Shown here in pieces: positions 28,703 through 38,782 of a DNA stretch of 64,000 bases. The stretch spans positions 1 through 64,000 of the forward strand of contig JBFMHR010000005.1 in NCBI GenBank assembly GCA_040751795.1, written 5' to 3'. Numbering within the stretch: position 1 is the first letter of the stretch; every line of letters begins with the position of its first letter. The notes below the pieces were generated by a model that saw only the letters and a program-made list of their open reading frames with translations, was not told the origin of the DNA and did no database searches. The translations under genes and the position numbers were made by a program. The DNA is from Thermoplasmatota archaeon (lineage in GTDB: Archaea; Thermoplasmatota; Thermoplasmata; UBA10834).

Positions 28703-29974
28703 TTGGCTGGACGGACGGTAGCGGAGAAGGTCATAGGCAGGGCCGCGGGGACGGCGGACGCCCGGGCGGGGGAGGTCGTTGAGGCGTACCCAGACCTGCT
28801 CATGTCGCACGAGAACACGTACCTCGTGGGCAAGGCGTTCAAGGAGATCGGTGTCAAGAAGCTCTACGACCCGGACCGCGTGGCGGTGGTCCTGGACCAC
28901 CGGGCGCCCGCCAACACCGTCGAGACGGCCGCGGCGCACTCGCACATAAGGAAGATGGTGAAGGACCTCGGCATCAGGCACTTCTACGACGTCGGGGCGG
29001 GGATATGCCACCAGGTCCTAGTCGAGGAGCACCTGGCCAAGCCGGGGCAGCTGATAGTCGGGACGGACTCCCACACGAGCACCGCGGGTGCCGTCGGCGC
29101 ATTCGCCACGGGCATAGGCGCCACGGAGATGGCGGGGGCGTGGGCCACGGGGTACCTGTGGCTGAAGGTCCCGGAGACGGTCCGGGTGCACATGAGGGGT
29201 CACCTCGAGAAGGCGGTGTTCCCCAAGGACATCTCCCTCCACCTCGCGTCGGTCATGGGGCCGTCGGGGGCGGAGTACAGGTGCGTGGAGTTCGACGGCA
29301 TATTCCTCTTCGACGTTTCCATTTCCGGGAGGATGGTCCTCTGCAACATGGCGACGGAGCTGGGCGCCAAGGCCGCGATAGCCCCGGCGGACTCGACGTT
29401 CTCCACATGGTCGCCAGAGCACTGCGGCCCCCAGGGGCACGCCTGCAGGTCGGACCCGGACGCCCGCTTCGTGGAGAAGATCGAGCTGGAGGCGGAGAGG
29501 GTCCAGCCCATGGTCTCCGGCCCTGACAGGGTGGAGGCCGCCGCCCCGGTGGACAAGTTCCAGGGGGTGAGGGTCGACCAGGCCTTCATCGGCACCTGCA
29601 CCAACGGGCGCCTGGAGGACCTCATCGCCGCGTCGTGGGTACTGAAGGGGAACAAGGTCGCCCCGGGGGTGAGGCTGCTGGTCGCCCCGGCCTCGAGGAA
29701 CGTGCTCACGACTGCTATGGACATGGGCGTCGCGCAGACGATCGTGGCGGCGGGGGGGACGATCCTGCCGCCCGGCTGCGGACCCTGCCTCGGCGCGCAC
29801 GGGGGCGTCATGGGGCCGGGCGAGGTGTGCATCTCGTCGGGCAACAGGAACTTCAAGGGGAGGATGGGCTCGGGCGAGGCCGAGGTGTACATCGCCAGCC
29901 CGGCGACGGTCGCCGCGAGCGCCATGACCGGGACCATCACCGACCCGAGGGGGTGGCTCACTGTCGACCTCTAG
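28703..29974 (+). CDS. leuC: 3-isopropylmalate dehydratase/homoaconitase large subunit
   Basis: DH, GICHQ, DSHT, GTCTNGR, GCGPCLG and NRNF; LeuC versus HacA not resolved. Confidence 0.88.
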   Translation: MAGRTVAEKVIGRAAGTADARAGEVVEAYPDLLMSHENTYLVGKAFKEIGVKKLYDPDRVAVVLDHRAPANTVETAAAHSHIRKMVKDLGIRHFYDVGAGICHQVLVEEHLAKPGQLIVGTDSHTSTAGAVGAFATGIGATEMAGAWATGYLWLKVPETVRVHMRGHLEKAVFPKDISLHLASVMGPSGAEYRCVEFDGIFLFDVSISGRMVLCNMATELGAKAAIAPADSTFSTWSPEHCGPQGHACRSDPDARFVEKIELEAERVQPMVSGPDRVEAAAPVDKFQGVRVDQAFIGTCTNGRLEDLIAASWVLKGNKVAPGVRLLVAPASRNVLTTAMDMGVAQTIVAAGGTILPPGCGPCLGAHGGVMGPGEVCISSGNRNFKGRMGSGEAEVYIASPATVAASAMTGTITDPRGWLTVDL

Positions 29975-30461
29975 CGGGAGGGTTTGGAGGTTCGGGGACG
30001 ACGTCAACACGGACCTGATCATCCCGGGGAGGCACCTGGGCAGCTACGACCCGGCCCACCTCGCGCGGCACGCGATGGAGGGGCTCAGCGAGAGATTCGC
30101 GGAGGAGGTCCGCCCGGGGGACATCATAGTGGCTGGGAGTAACTTCGGCTGCGGCTCGAGCAGGGAGCAGGCGGTCGTCGCGCTGAAGGCCGCTGGCGTG
30201 TCGGCCGTCGTGGCGCGGTCCTTCGCGCGGATATTCTACAGGAACGCCGTGAACCTGGGCCTGATGGTGCTCGTGTCGGAAGCCGCGTGCGAGGCGTTCG
30301 CCGACGGCGAGAGGGCCCGGGTGGACATCGGGGAGCTCGCAATCATGTCCGATGACGGGTCCAGGAAGGCGGACATCGAGGAGGTCCCTGGGCACGTCGC
30401 CGCGATACTGCGCTCGGGGGGCCTCGTGCCCCACCTTAGGGCGCGCATCGGCGGGGGGTAG
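29961..30461 (+). CDS. leuD: 3-isopropylmalate dehydratase/homoaconitase small subunit
   Basis: [18 protein letters not shown] lies upstream of the ORF-track start; [11 protein letters not shown] and [14 protein letters not shown]; start is CTG 29961. Confidence 0.88.
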   Translation: MSTSSGRVWRFGDDVNTDLIIPGRHLGSYDPAHLARHAMEGLSERFAEEVRPGDIIVAGSNFGCGSSREQAVVALKAAGVSAVVARSFARIFYRNAVNLGLMVLVSEAACEAFADGERARVDIGELAIMSDDGSRKADIEEVPGHVAAILRSGGLVPHLRARIGGG

Positions 30462-30468
30462 TCAGATG

Positions 30469-33400
30469 TCACTGCCCCTCAGGGACATGAGGCGTGTCCT
30501 CAGGGACCCTGTTCCTGCGGGCTGCGCCCTTCTTCGTGAAGAGGACGAACATCGCGATGACCATGATGACCGGCACCGCGAGGTCCTGGAACTCGGGTAT
30601 CCTGTCGATTATTATCACGGCCGAAGTGCCGGGGTTCTGCGTCCACTGCCAGCATATCATTGACTCCCCGCTGGCCGAGTAGATGGCGCTGATGTACTGG
30701 ATCTCATAACCCGACTCGCTGTTGATCGTGAAGACCGAGGACCAGCTCCCGCTGGACCTTATCTTCCCCATGACGTCGAGGCTGTCCATCTGGTACCAGG
30801 CGGCATACAGGTCCCCCGTAGAGGTATCTAGGGATATCGTCGGATATCTCTGGCCGATGGAGTCGGCCGATGTGTCGAGCTGCAAAGCGGAGGACCACGA
30901 GCTCGCGTCCCGGTATCTGTACCAGATGTGGGGCTTCTCGATGGAGCTGGACTTGGTCGCGTCGCCGTAGACGACATGGACATAGCCGCTGGAATCCACC
31001 ACCGCGCATGCGGGCGCAGTATCGACGAACGTGAATGTGCCGGTGGCGTCGTATATCGCCTCCTCCGAGCCCCAAGTGGGGCTGGTGTATTTCCTGGCGG
31101 CGACATGGGAGTCGTAGTTGTACACCGCCCAGACGTTGCTGCCCGAGCCCGCAGGGAGGATGGAGCCCTTGAGGGTGGAGGTGCTGGAATCCGTCGCGAG
31201 CATGTTCCCCGTCCAGTACCAGGACGAGACGCTGTCGGTGGAGACGCTCCTGAACGCTGAGAGGTCCCACTTCCCGCCGCCCGTGCTGAGGGTCTGGTTC
31301 GTTACGAGTATCCAGAGGTATCCGTTCGTGTCCTTGGTTATGAAGGAGTTCTTGCTGTTCATGTTGATGGCGCTCACGGACCTGGTCGAATCGCTGCCCG
31401 CCCAGGTGATCGCGTGCGTGCTCGGCGAGACGCTCCCTCTCTGGAGGTAGATATTGGCGGAGTTCGAACCCGTGTCGCCGACCGCGTACACCACGTTGTT
31501 GGCGGAGTCGTACCAGACGGAGGCCTTGAGCACGCCGTTCGTCGAGAACACCCGGTTGTCGGAGTTGCTCCAGGTGGTCCCATCGGTGCTGTATTCGTAC
31601 TTGGTGTTGCTGCCGTCGTAGTAGAAGCTCCAGTAGTTGGTTCCGTCGTGGAAGACCTTCCTCTGGTTCGAGCTCTCAGTCGAGACCCCGGACCCGATCT
31701 GCACGGTCCAGGTCCTCATCGCCATCGCGTAGGTCTGGTCCGAGGCCTGGTCATTCTGGCCCGTCCAGTCGGTCGTCTCGATTATGAAGTCGACCTGCCC
31801 CGCCCCGCCGATGACGGACGAGGCGACCCCGACCTCCATCCTGCTCTCGTCCTTGGCCGCATCCGCCTCCGAGGTGAGCAGGACCCACTCGCCGTCGTCG
31901 TAGGCCCTGACCGTCACCGAGGAGACCTCGTAGCACAGGCCGCTGACCTGTATCATGTAGTCGGCGCCGATCGTGTAGGAGCCCGCCGCCATGTACTTCC
32001 CAGATGCGTCGGAGCGGTCGGAGTCGATGAATATCCTGATGTAGTCCTCCGCGGTCTTCCTGACGGGCACGACCGTGCCGCCGCCCCCGCTCCCCGAGGG
32101 GACCGCGCAGGCCTTGGGGATGTACACGCCGGCGCAGATCTCGTCGTAGACGCTGACGTAGAAGAACGCGTCGCCCCCGGTGCTGTTGGCCCCGACCTCG
32201 TCGATGTCGACGTTGGGGTTCTCCACCAGGGAGCCGTCCTGGTCCTTCACCGTCTTGTTGGTCCAGTCGGCGAAGGCGCCGTCTATCGTTATGCCCGCCG
32301 GCGGGCCGGCCACGTAGGCGCTCGCCGGTGCGCCCCTTATGATGACGTCCGTGAAGGTCGACGTGATGCCCTCCAGGACGACGCTGGCCGACACGAAGTC
32401 CCCGGGCGCCAGCCCGGAGGTGTCCACCCGGACGTCAACCACATGCGCCTCGCCCACCTCGAGGGAGAAGGGCTGTATCTGGCCGGAGACGTCAGCGCCG
32501 ACCGTCTCCGGCACGACGGCGCTGACCGTCCCGTCCTCGCCGTCGCATGTGAACCTGAGCCTGAGGAGGTCCGCGTCCGCCGACGCCGGGACTATGCCGT
32601 CGTCCGAGACGCCCGGGGCCAGCTCCTGCTGGACCACGAGCAGCCCGCCCGCGAGGGAGACCGGGTAGCTCGCGCTCTTGACGGCCTCCTCGTCCTGGGA
32701 GGTGAGCATCGCCTTGGCGGAGACGTTCAGGGCGCTGGGGAGGGACGCCTTCGCCTCGAGGCGGTCCCCGTCCAGGCCGCAGGGCACGTAGCCGGCGGTG
32801 GCCCACGAGTTCCAGTCGGCCTGGTCGTCGCCGTCGGGGTCGTACGCCGAGAGCATCGACGACTGGACGGAGTCGTTCCAGCCGAACACCTCGACCATGT
32901 AGTCCGCCCCCACGCCGCCGAGCAGATAGCCCGTCTCGGGCGAGGAGTCCTGGTCGATGAACCACACGAACCTCTGGGCGTCCGTCCCGGACATCAGGTC
33001 GCCCGTCCCGTGGACGTAGAAGTAGACGTCGTGCGAGTAGGTAGCGAAGGACCACTCCACCACGTCCGCAGCTACGCCGGTGGTGGTGCTCGTGACGCTG
33101 AACATGGACGCCTCCTCCCAGTCGGCGAAGTCCCCGTCGACCGAGTAGGGCCCGTCGTCGCCCATGTCCGAGATGTGGAGGTAGCTGGGGACGATGATCG
33201 CCACCGCTATGAGGACCGCGATGAACTGCCAGCGCATGTATATCGGGAGCCTGCGCCTCGCGCCCCTGCCGCGGCGCCTGGCGCCGAGGCCGTTGGACGC
33301 GCCCGTGCCGTTCACGAGGTCCTTGCCGTTGACGGCCCCGATCCCGTTGACGAAGTGGACGCCGTTGGTCTGGCCCATGCCGTTGATGGCGCCGCGGCCG

Positions 33401-34467
33401 TTGATCGCCCCCCTCCCGTTTATCGCGCCGCGCCCGTTGATGGCCCCTCTCCCGTTTATGGCGCCCCTGCCGTTTATGGCACCCCTTCCGTTGATGGCGC
33501 CTCTGCCGTTGACGGCGCCCCTGGTGCCCGACGGGCCGAGGCCGTTGACCATGTGCACGCCGTTGGTCTGCCCGCGTCCGTTGACCTGCCCCCTGCCGTT
33601 GATGGCGCCGGCTCCGTTGGTCATGCTGACGCCGTTGGACCTCCCGGCGCGGACGGTCGCCGCCCCTGCGGGCATCTGGGTGACCAGGCCGCGCTCGCCC
33701 TCGGCGACGACGGGCTCGGGCGGCTTAGGCGCCCTGAGCGGCTCGCGGGAGGGGAGGGCCTCCTCTTCCTCGGGCTCCTCGTCCTCGAAGGCGACGCCGC
33801 AGAAGGGGCAGTTGGACGCGTCGAACGTCACGACCGCGCCGCAGATGGGGCACGCCGCCTTCTCGGCGTCGTACTCCTCCTCGGCCTCCCCCTCCGCGGG
33901 GGCGAGCTCGGGCTCGGGGGCCGGCGCCTCGGGCTCGGGCGCAGGTGCCTCCTCCTCCGGCTCCTCGGCCTCGAACTCCGCGCCGCAGCCCGGGCACGCG
34001 GTGTCGTAGATCGAGACCACGTGCTGGCACACGGGGCAGAGCGCCTCCTCATCGCCTTCTGCCTGAGGCTCCGGGGGGGCCTCCGGGGGAGGCTGCCGCT
34101 CACCCTCGACGGGCTCGGCGGGTACGTCTCTGGGGGCCGCCGTCTGGGCGGTGATTGGTGCAGAATCAGGCTCCGATGGACGTTTCTTGACCTGCCCGTC
34201 CGTCTTCAGGTCCTCGATCTCCTCGACGATCTTGTCGAGGGCCTTCTGCCACAGCTGCTCCTCGGCGTTCTCCACGAAGTTGTCGAAGCCGATCTGGCAG
34301 GAGGGACAGGCCTCAAGGAAGGGGGAGACGGGGGTGCTGCAGAAGGGGCACTCGAGCTTGATGTCCGGCCCGAACTTGAGCTTGCATCTAGGGCATTCGC
34401 TCTCCAACCCTGAAACCCTGAGGCTGCAGCCTGGGCAAGAGAATATCCTGGGCCTTATGCGGTTCAT
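30469..34467 (-). CDS. Large surface protein: 4 Zn ribbons, xxxxNG hexapeptide repeats, TM, duplicated DGxFxDW domains, beta-rich C-domain, PEF-CTERM
   Basis: 8 CPxC motifs, acidic Pro-rich linkers, 19 NG units, basic stretch then TM, IPEF plus TM plus basic tail. Confidence 0.85.
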   Translation of the reverse strand: MNRIRPRIFSCPGCSLRVSGLESECPRCKLKFGPDIKLECPFCSTPVSPFLEACPSCQIGFDNFVENAEEQLWQKALDKIVEEIEDLKTDGQVKKRPSEPDSAPITAQTAAPRDVPAEPVEGERQPPPEAPPEPQAEGDEEALCPVCQHVVSIYDTACPGCGAEFEAEEPEEEAPAPEPEAPAPEPELAPAEGEAEEEYDAEKAACPICGAVVTFDASNCPFCGVAFEDEEPEEEEALPSREPLRAPKPPEPVVAEGERGLVTQMPAGAATVRAGRSNGVSMTNGAGAINGRGQVNGRGQTNGVHMVNGLGPSGTRGAVNGRGAINGRGAINGRGAINGRGAINGRGAINGRGAINGRGAINGMGQTNGVHFVNGIGAVNGKDLVNGTGASNGLGARRRGRGARRRLPIYMRWQFIAVLIAVAIIVPSYLHISDMGDDGPYSVDGDFADWEEASMFSVTSTTTGVAADVVEWSFATYSHDVYFYVHGTGDLMSGTDAQRFVWFIDQDSSPETGYLLGGVGADYMVEVFGWNDSVQSSMLSAYDPDGDDQADWNSWATAGYVPCGLDGDRLEAKASLPSALNVSAKAMLTSQDEEAVKSASYPVSLAGGLLVVQQELAPGVSDDGIVPASADADLLRLRFTCDGEDGTVSAVVPETVGADVSGQIQPFSLEVGEAHVVDVRVDTSGLAPGDFVSASVVLEGITSTFTDVIIRGAPASAYVAGPPAGITIDGAFADWTNKTVKDQDGSLVENPNVDIDEVGANSTGGDAFFYVSVYDEICAGVYIPKACAVPSGSGGGGTVVPVRKTAEDYIRIFIDSDRSDASGKYMAAGSYTIGADYMIQVSGLCYEVSSVTVRAYDDGEWVLLTSEADAAKDESRMEVGVASSVIGGAGQVDFIIETTDWTGQNDQASDQTYAMAMRTWTVQIGSGVSTESSNQRKVFHDGTNYWSFYYDGSNTKYEYSTDGTTWSNSDNRVFSTNGVLKASVWYDSANNVVYAVGDTGSNSANIYLQRGSVSPSTHAITWAGSDSTRSVSAINMNSKNSFITKDTNGYLWILVTNQTLSTGGGKWDLSAFRSVSTDSVSSWYWTGNMLATDSSTSTLKGSILPAGSGSNVWAVYNYDSHVAARKYTSPTWGSEEAIYDATGTFTFVDTAPACAVVDSSGYVHVVYGDATKSSSIEKPHIWYRYRDASSWSSALQLDTSADSIGQRYPTISLDTSTGDLYAAWYQMDSLDVMGKIRSSGSWSSVFTINSESGYEIQYISAIYSASGESMICWQWTQNPGTSAVIIIDRIPEFQDLAVPVIMVIAMFVLFTKKGAARRNRVPEDTPHVPEGQ
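33289..33640 (-). repeat. Intragenic 18-bp degenerate tandem repeat encoding (RGAING)n
   Basis: CCGTT recurs every 18 nt from 33362 to 33506; synonymous codons vary between copies. Confidence 0.9.
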
Positions 34468-34628
34468 CGTCTCCTGCGTCCGTGGTTATCTCTGGGGTGA
34501 GCGCGTGTGCTCACTTGGGGGGATACTGGTCAGTAGTGTCTCCTTTGTCCCATCCGTATGCTAAACGGCGCAAAGGGTATTATTCCTTTGCCGTTGTTCT
34601 CGCCCATGATAACGAAACTGGGGATAAA

Positions 34629-34736
34629 ATGGCTGGCTTCTACATCGGCGACCCGCTCGGATACCTCGGGCTCGCGATAGTCCTCTTCCTGATAGTGTAC
34701 CTCCTGCTGAGGATCCTGACGCACAGGCACGGATGA
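34629..34736 (+). CDS. Single-TM microprotein (35 aa)
   Basis: MAGFYIGDPLGYLGLAIVLFLIVYLLLRILTHRHG; GGGG upstream. Confidence 0.45.
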   Translation: MAGFYIGDPLGYLGLAIVLFLIVYLLLRILTHRHG

Positions 34737-34811
34737 GCCCGCTCACCTCCAGGAGGTCATCTCCTCCGCCCCGCCAAAGGATATTATACGCCAGCCCAAT
34801 CCCTGTACAAC

Positions 34812-34888
34812 GGGCCCGTGGGGTAGCTAGGATATCCTTCTGGCCTTCGAAGCCGGAAACGTGGGTTCAAATCCCACCGGGCCCGCCA
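34812..34888 (+). tRNA. tRNA-Arg(UCG) with encoded CCA
   Basis: GGGCCCG/CGGGCCC acceptor stem, anticodon loop CTTCGAA, T-arm GTGGG-TTCAAAT-CCCAC; TATTATA upstream. Confidence 0.95.
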
Positions 34889-34955
34889 TCCGTCCGCTCC
34901 TCACCATACACAAGCTAGATGAACCACCCTCGGCATCCGGCCTTCGGAGCTGCAC

Positions 34956-35489
34956 ATGCTGAAGGGCCGCAATGTCAACCTGGAGATCGCCGAGAAGGGC
35001 GACCTCGCGACGCTCAAGGAGTGGATGAACGACGTCGAGTTCATGGGCGACTTCGAGTCCTTCGACCAGTCCTCCCTCGGGGACATGGAGAAGCAGTACG
35101 AACAGAAGGGCGACTCGCAGTGGTTCTTCGTCCAGAAGAAGGACGGCACCAGGATCGGGTACATAGCCCACTTCAGGTCCAAGGGCTGCATCGCGATAGG
35201 ATACCTGTTCGTCAAGGGCGAGAGGGGCAAGGGGTACGGCACGGAGGCCGTCCAGGTCATGGTGGACTACCTCTTCCTCCACAAGGACACGGTCCGGGTG
35301 CAGGCGGAGATCCACCCTGACAACGTCGCGTCGCGGCGCGTCCTCGAGAAGGCGGGGTTCCAGTTCGAGGGGCGCATCCGGAAGTCGTTCTTCAGCCGCG
35401 GCGTCTACAGGGACACGGCCTTGTACAGCATCCTGCGCGAGGAGTGGAAGGCGCCCAAGGTGCTCCCCCTGGGGCACGTCGGCACCTGA
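34956..35489 (+). CDS. GNAT family (RimJ/RimL) N-acetyltransferase
   Basis: ERGKGYGTEA and NVASRRVLEKAGFQFEG. Confidence 0.9.
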   Translation: MLKGRNVNLEIAEKGDLATLKEWMNDVEFMGDFESFDQSSLGDMEKQYEQKGDSQWFFVQKKDGTRIGYIAHFRSKGCIAIGYLFVKGERGKGYGTEAVQVMVDYLFLHKDTVRVQAEIHPDNVASRRVLEKAGFQFEGRIRKSFFSRGVYRDTALYSILREEWKAPKVLPLGHVGT

Positions 35490-35553
35490 ACGCCTGAGAT
35501 GTCACCGTGGCCTTTATGAAGCGACGGGATGGTTCATAACCCGGAATTGGCTG

Positions 35554-36654
35554 GTGGATTCATTGGATTATGCCTACTGGATAGTCCTGTCGTCCGTGCC
35601 CATGGTAGCATGGCTCGTGCTGTATGCGCTCGTCTCCGTCCGTTCGAGGAAGGGGGACATCGAGATGCGCGTGAACCGGTTCGCCATCACCGGCGCCTTC
35701 CTCGCGCTGGTCTCGTTCGCCACCGGATGGTCCGCGATCGAGTCCGGCTATGACTGGTCGGCGACGACCCAGATGGTGTTCTTCCTGCTCCTCACCTATC
35801 CTGTCGCGATCATCACCCCGTTGGCCGGGGTGGGGCAGGCGGGCGTCCTGCTGTGGGTGCTCGCATGGGTGCAGGAGCAGGACGCGGCCATCGGGATGTG
35901 GCCAGGATACGTGCTGGCGTGGATCTCAACGGCGTTCATGGTCGCGGGGATGGTCTGGCCATCCGGGATGTCCAGGGAGCGCGCAAGGCAGGACCTGAGC
36001 GACCGGCTCCTCACCATGACTGTCAGGAGGCCGTCCGGGCAGTGGATGCCCGGGAACCGCGCCCTGGCCTATGTGCTGTCGGTGGTGATCATCGCCGCTG
36101 CCGGCCTCTCACTCGTCTTCGGACGCGGCCTCGACGCCCCCCTCCTTCTGGTCGTCTGCCTTGCCTTCGTGCTGTACCTCCTCAGGGTGAACCCTCTCGC
36201 TGGGGTCCTTGCAGGGAGCCTACCCCGCGTCGCATCCGCGCCGCCACGTACCACGGGAGGGTCGCCCATGGCGTGGGTGGCCTTCCTGGGGGCTTCCTTC
36301 GCGGCCGCGGTCGTCGTCATCGGCGTCGCAGCCTCCTCGTTCGGCTCGTCCGGCCTGTCCGGAGAGGAGAGGACGTCGGTGCTCGTCTGGGGCGGGGCGC
36401 TGCTCGCCATCCTGGCGCCCTCGGCGGTCATCGCGTACCGCCGGGCCGCCGAGCCGTCGCTGCCAAGGAGCGCGGTGACCGCCACCGTGGTCATCTTCTC
36501 CGTCCTCATGCTCATGTCTGCGGTCTCACTCTACAGCTCCCTTGTCCTATTCATGTCCGCGACGGAGCTGCTGTTCCTGGCAGGCCTGGTGCTGGTGGGC
36601 ATACCGGTGCTGTTCCTCCAGGGGACCGGTGCCCGGGGAGAGGCGGCCGGCTGA
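35554..36654 (+). CDS. Hypothetical polytopic membrane protein
   Basis: About 10 hydrophobic segments; no recognisable motif. Confidence 0.65.
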   Translation: MDSLDYAYWIVLSSVPMVAWLVLYALVSVRSRKGDIEMRVNRFAITGAFLALVSFATGWSAIESGYDWSATTQMVFFLLLTYPVAIITPLAGVGQAGVLLWVLAWVQEQDAAIGMWPGYVLAWISTAFMVAGMVWPSGMSRERARQDLSDRLLTMTVRRPSGQWMPGNRALAYVLSVVIIAAAGLSLVFGRGLDAPLLLVVCLAFVLYLLRVNPLAGVLAGSLPRVASAPPRTTGGSPMAWVAFLGASFAAAVVVIGVAASSFGSSGLSGEERTSVLVWGGALLAILAPSAVIAYRRAAEPSLPRSAVTATVVIFSVLMLMSAVSLYSSLVLFMSATELLFLAGLVLVGIPVLFLQGTGARGEAAG

Positions 36655-36718
36655 GGCCCAGGCCCCCGGTGGGAGAGCGCGGGCCATCCGCCCGCGGCGA
36701 GATGATAGAAAGAGTGCA

Positions 36719-36738
36719 GGGGAGGGCGGCCCCTCCCC
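36719..36738. terminator. GC hairpin between convergent genes
   Basis: GGGGAGGG-CGGC-CCCTCCCC; pyrimidine run follows on the minus strand. Confidence 0.45.
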
Positions 36739-36755
36739 CTGTCGGGTTTCGCGCC

Positions 36756-37928
36756 TTAGTTGTAGTCCGCGAGGAAGTCGTACCAGCCGGTGTCGACGGC
36801 GAAGTCGAGGCCCGCGTAGACGTAGGACCACGACGACCAGTCCCAGTCCGAGCCCCACCAGATGGAGATGCCCCCGCACATGGTGGTGCTCCCGGCGTTG
36901 TCGAGGCAGATCACCATGCCGTCGACCGCCGCGATCACCGCCTGGCACAGCGCCCTGAGCTCGGGGTCGGTTATCTTGGAGCTCGCCAGCAGCTTGCTGC
37001 AGAGGTCGGACATGTCCACCTGGGACTTCGTGTAGAACACCGAGTAGGTGTCCCTCACCGCGGCCTTGTAGGCCCTGTAGTACGCGCCGAGGTTGGCGTG
37101 TATCTCGTCGCACCACGCGTCTATCGTCGCCATGGACTGGGACAGGGTCCCGAGCTTGATGGCGCTTAGCGTCGCGTAGTAGTATTCGGTCCTCGGGTCG
37201 TAGTACTGGGCCCACCCGGCTATCATGTCGTTCGCGACCTGGTCCGGAGTCCTCGCCGGGTCCAAGGCGACGGGCGTGAACATGAAGTCGTACGGGAAGC
37301 CGTCGCCCGCGACGGTCTCCACCGAGGCGACCAGGATGTCCACGAGCCCGGTCTCGGACACCGCGTACGCCGTCTCGACGCTCGCCATCGAGCACGCGTC
37401 GCACGAGAGGATGTCGATGTACGCGCCGGCGCCGACTATGGCCGCCTTCAGCTCGTCCAGGTACATCCAGTCGTCCGAGGTGTCGTCCCCGCAGAAGCCG
37501 TTCCAGGCGCTCCCGTGGTCCCAGAGGTCCACGAGCAGGTTCTCTGACGGGTACCGCAAGGTCGTCTGCTCGATCACCCACTGCAGCGTCGCCCCGTCCC
37601 CGAAGTTCATCTCAGGGAAGGTCTCGACGATCTGCGCGTCGCCCCCTTCGACAACCCACAGCTCCGTCCCCGGGTACTCCAGCCGGTCGACGAAGGCGAC
37701 TATGTTCACCCCGGCGCTCGCCGGGATGTTCTGCAGGTAGAGGAGGCTGAGCCCCTCCCAGTATGTGTCGAAGTTGTTGTCCGCGTCTATGTACAGGCTG
37801 ATTGTCCAGGGGGCGACACCCTCCGCCGAGGCCCTCCCTGTCAGCCCTCCCGCCATGAAGACGGCGGGGAGGACGAGACAGAGGGAGACGACGGCGCAGG
37901 CTGATGCCCCGCGTAGTCCCCTATTCAT
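36756..37928 (-). CDS. Secreted clostripain-family (C11) cysteine peptidase
   Basis: Signal peptide, YIDADNN, EMNFGD, WDHGSAW (His), DACSMAS (Cys), GFPYD. Confidence 0.88.
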   Translation of the reverse strand: MNRGLRGASACAVVSLCLVLPAVFMAGGLTGRASAEGVAPWTISLYIDADNNFDTYWEGLSLLYLQNIPASAGVNIVAFVDRLEYPGTELWVVEGGDAQIVETFPEMNFGDGATLQWVIEQTTLRYPSENLLVDLWDHGSAWNGFCGDDTSDDWMYLDELKAAIVGAGAYIDILSCDACSMASVETAYAVSETGLVDILVASVETVAGDGFPYDFMFTPVALDPARTPDQVANDMIAGWAQYYDPRTEYYYATLSAIKLGTLSQSMATIDAWCDEIHANLGAYYRAYKAAVRDTYSVFYTKSQVDMSDLCSKLLASSKITDPELRALCQAVIAAVDGMVICLDNAGSTTMCGGISIWWGSDWDWSSWSYVYAGLDFAVDTGWYDFLADYN

Positions 37929-38017
37929 GTAGTTCCCCCACTCTGCACGGCCGAAGCGGCCGTGCCAGGCGCCGCATGCCCGTCCGACGTCTTAAATGAA
38001 TCCATCCGTGCGGGCGG

Positions 38018-38782
38018 TCAGGCCAGCTCCGTCTCCCGGAAGAGGTACGCCCCGAGAAGGACGAAGCACGCCGCGAGGGCCAGAAGCACGAGCGCCGACG
38101 CCCCGGGGTCCGTCGCCTCGGCGAAGGCGCCCATGGAGCCGTAGTCCGCCCAGCCCGAGCCGACGCTCCTCAGGTAGTGCTTCACGGAGACCTTCTGGAT
38201 CGCCCCGGGGAGGGAGCCGATGAACCCCTCCCATATGAACGCGTAGAAGAGGCCGAAGTACACGGGCCTCTTGATCAGCACGCTCACCGCCAGGAACAGG
38301 GCGGAGTAGACGAACGAGCCCACGACGACCAGGGCGGTGAACTCCCCCCAGGCCTCGAGCGCCTCCCCGCCGAGGTCGACCTGGGCGAAGTAGGCGAGGA
38401 AGCCCGCCGCGTTGACGGCGACCATCGAGATAGAGACTGTGAGCGCGAGGGGGATGTAGTACCCGACGTACGAGAACGCCCTGTCCAGGGGCGCGGTCGC
38501 GACGTGTGTGATGCTCCTGTCGTCGATCTCGTCCCGGATGAGCGAGGTCCCGTAGATCATCGCCATCACGGGCATGAAGAAGAAGAGTATGAGCACGTCC
38601 AGGAGGTCCGTGCCGTCCGCAATGGCCGCGCCTTCCTGCGAGCCGGCGTACCCCATGACCGCGGCCACGAAGGCCGCCACGAGGATGCTGATCAGGACCT
38701 TCCTGCTGAGCACCAGCTTCTTCATGAAGTGCCGGGTGATGGCCACGATGCCAGTGAGAGCGTCCCTGAGGTCCATGTTCAC
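38018..38782 (-). CDS. ABC-2 type exporter permease
   Basis: Six TM segments, DEIDDRSI motif; coupled to the ATPase gene. Confidence 0.82.
   Translation of the reverse strand: MNMDLRDALTGIVAITRHFMKKLVLSRKVLISILVAAFVAAVMGYAGSQEGAAIADGTDLLDVLILFFFMPVMAMIYGTSLIRDEIDDRSITHVATAPLDRAFSYVGYYIPLALTVSISMVAVNAAGFLAYFAQVDLGGEALEAWGEFTALVVVGSFVYSALFLAVSVLIKRPVYFGLFYAFIWEGFIGSLPGAIQKVSVKHYLRSVGSGWADYGSMGAFAEATDPGASALVLLALAACFVLLGAYLFRETELA

Noticed and set aside
33289-33640. Possible CRISPR array or VNTR
   Set aside because: The 18-bp period has no spacers and lies in frame within a CDS with synonymous variation; no cas genes in the window.
31414-34413. 999-aa plus-strand ORF; similarly 6715..9483, 12363..15584, 43009..44793 and 47006..48586
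   Set aside because: Antisense shadows of well-supported minus-strand genes, with the Arg/Gly/Val-rich composition typical of GC3 bias.
23724-34888. tRNA-anchored integrated element or tRNA introns
   Set aside because: No integrase, no duplicated tRNA 3' end seen, and both tRNAs fold without an intron.
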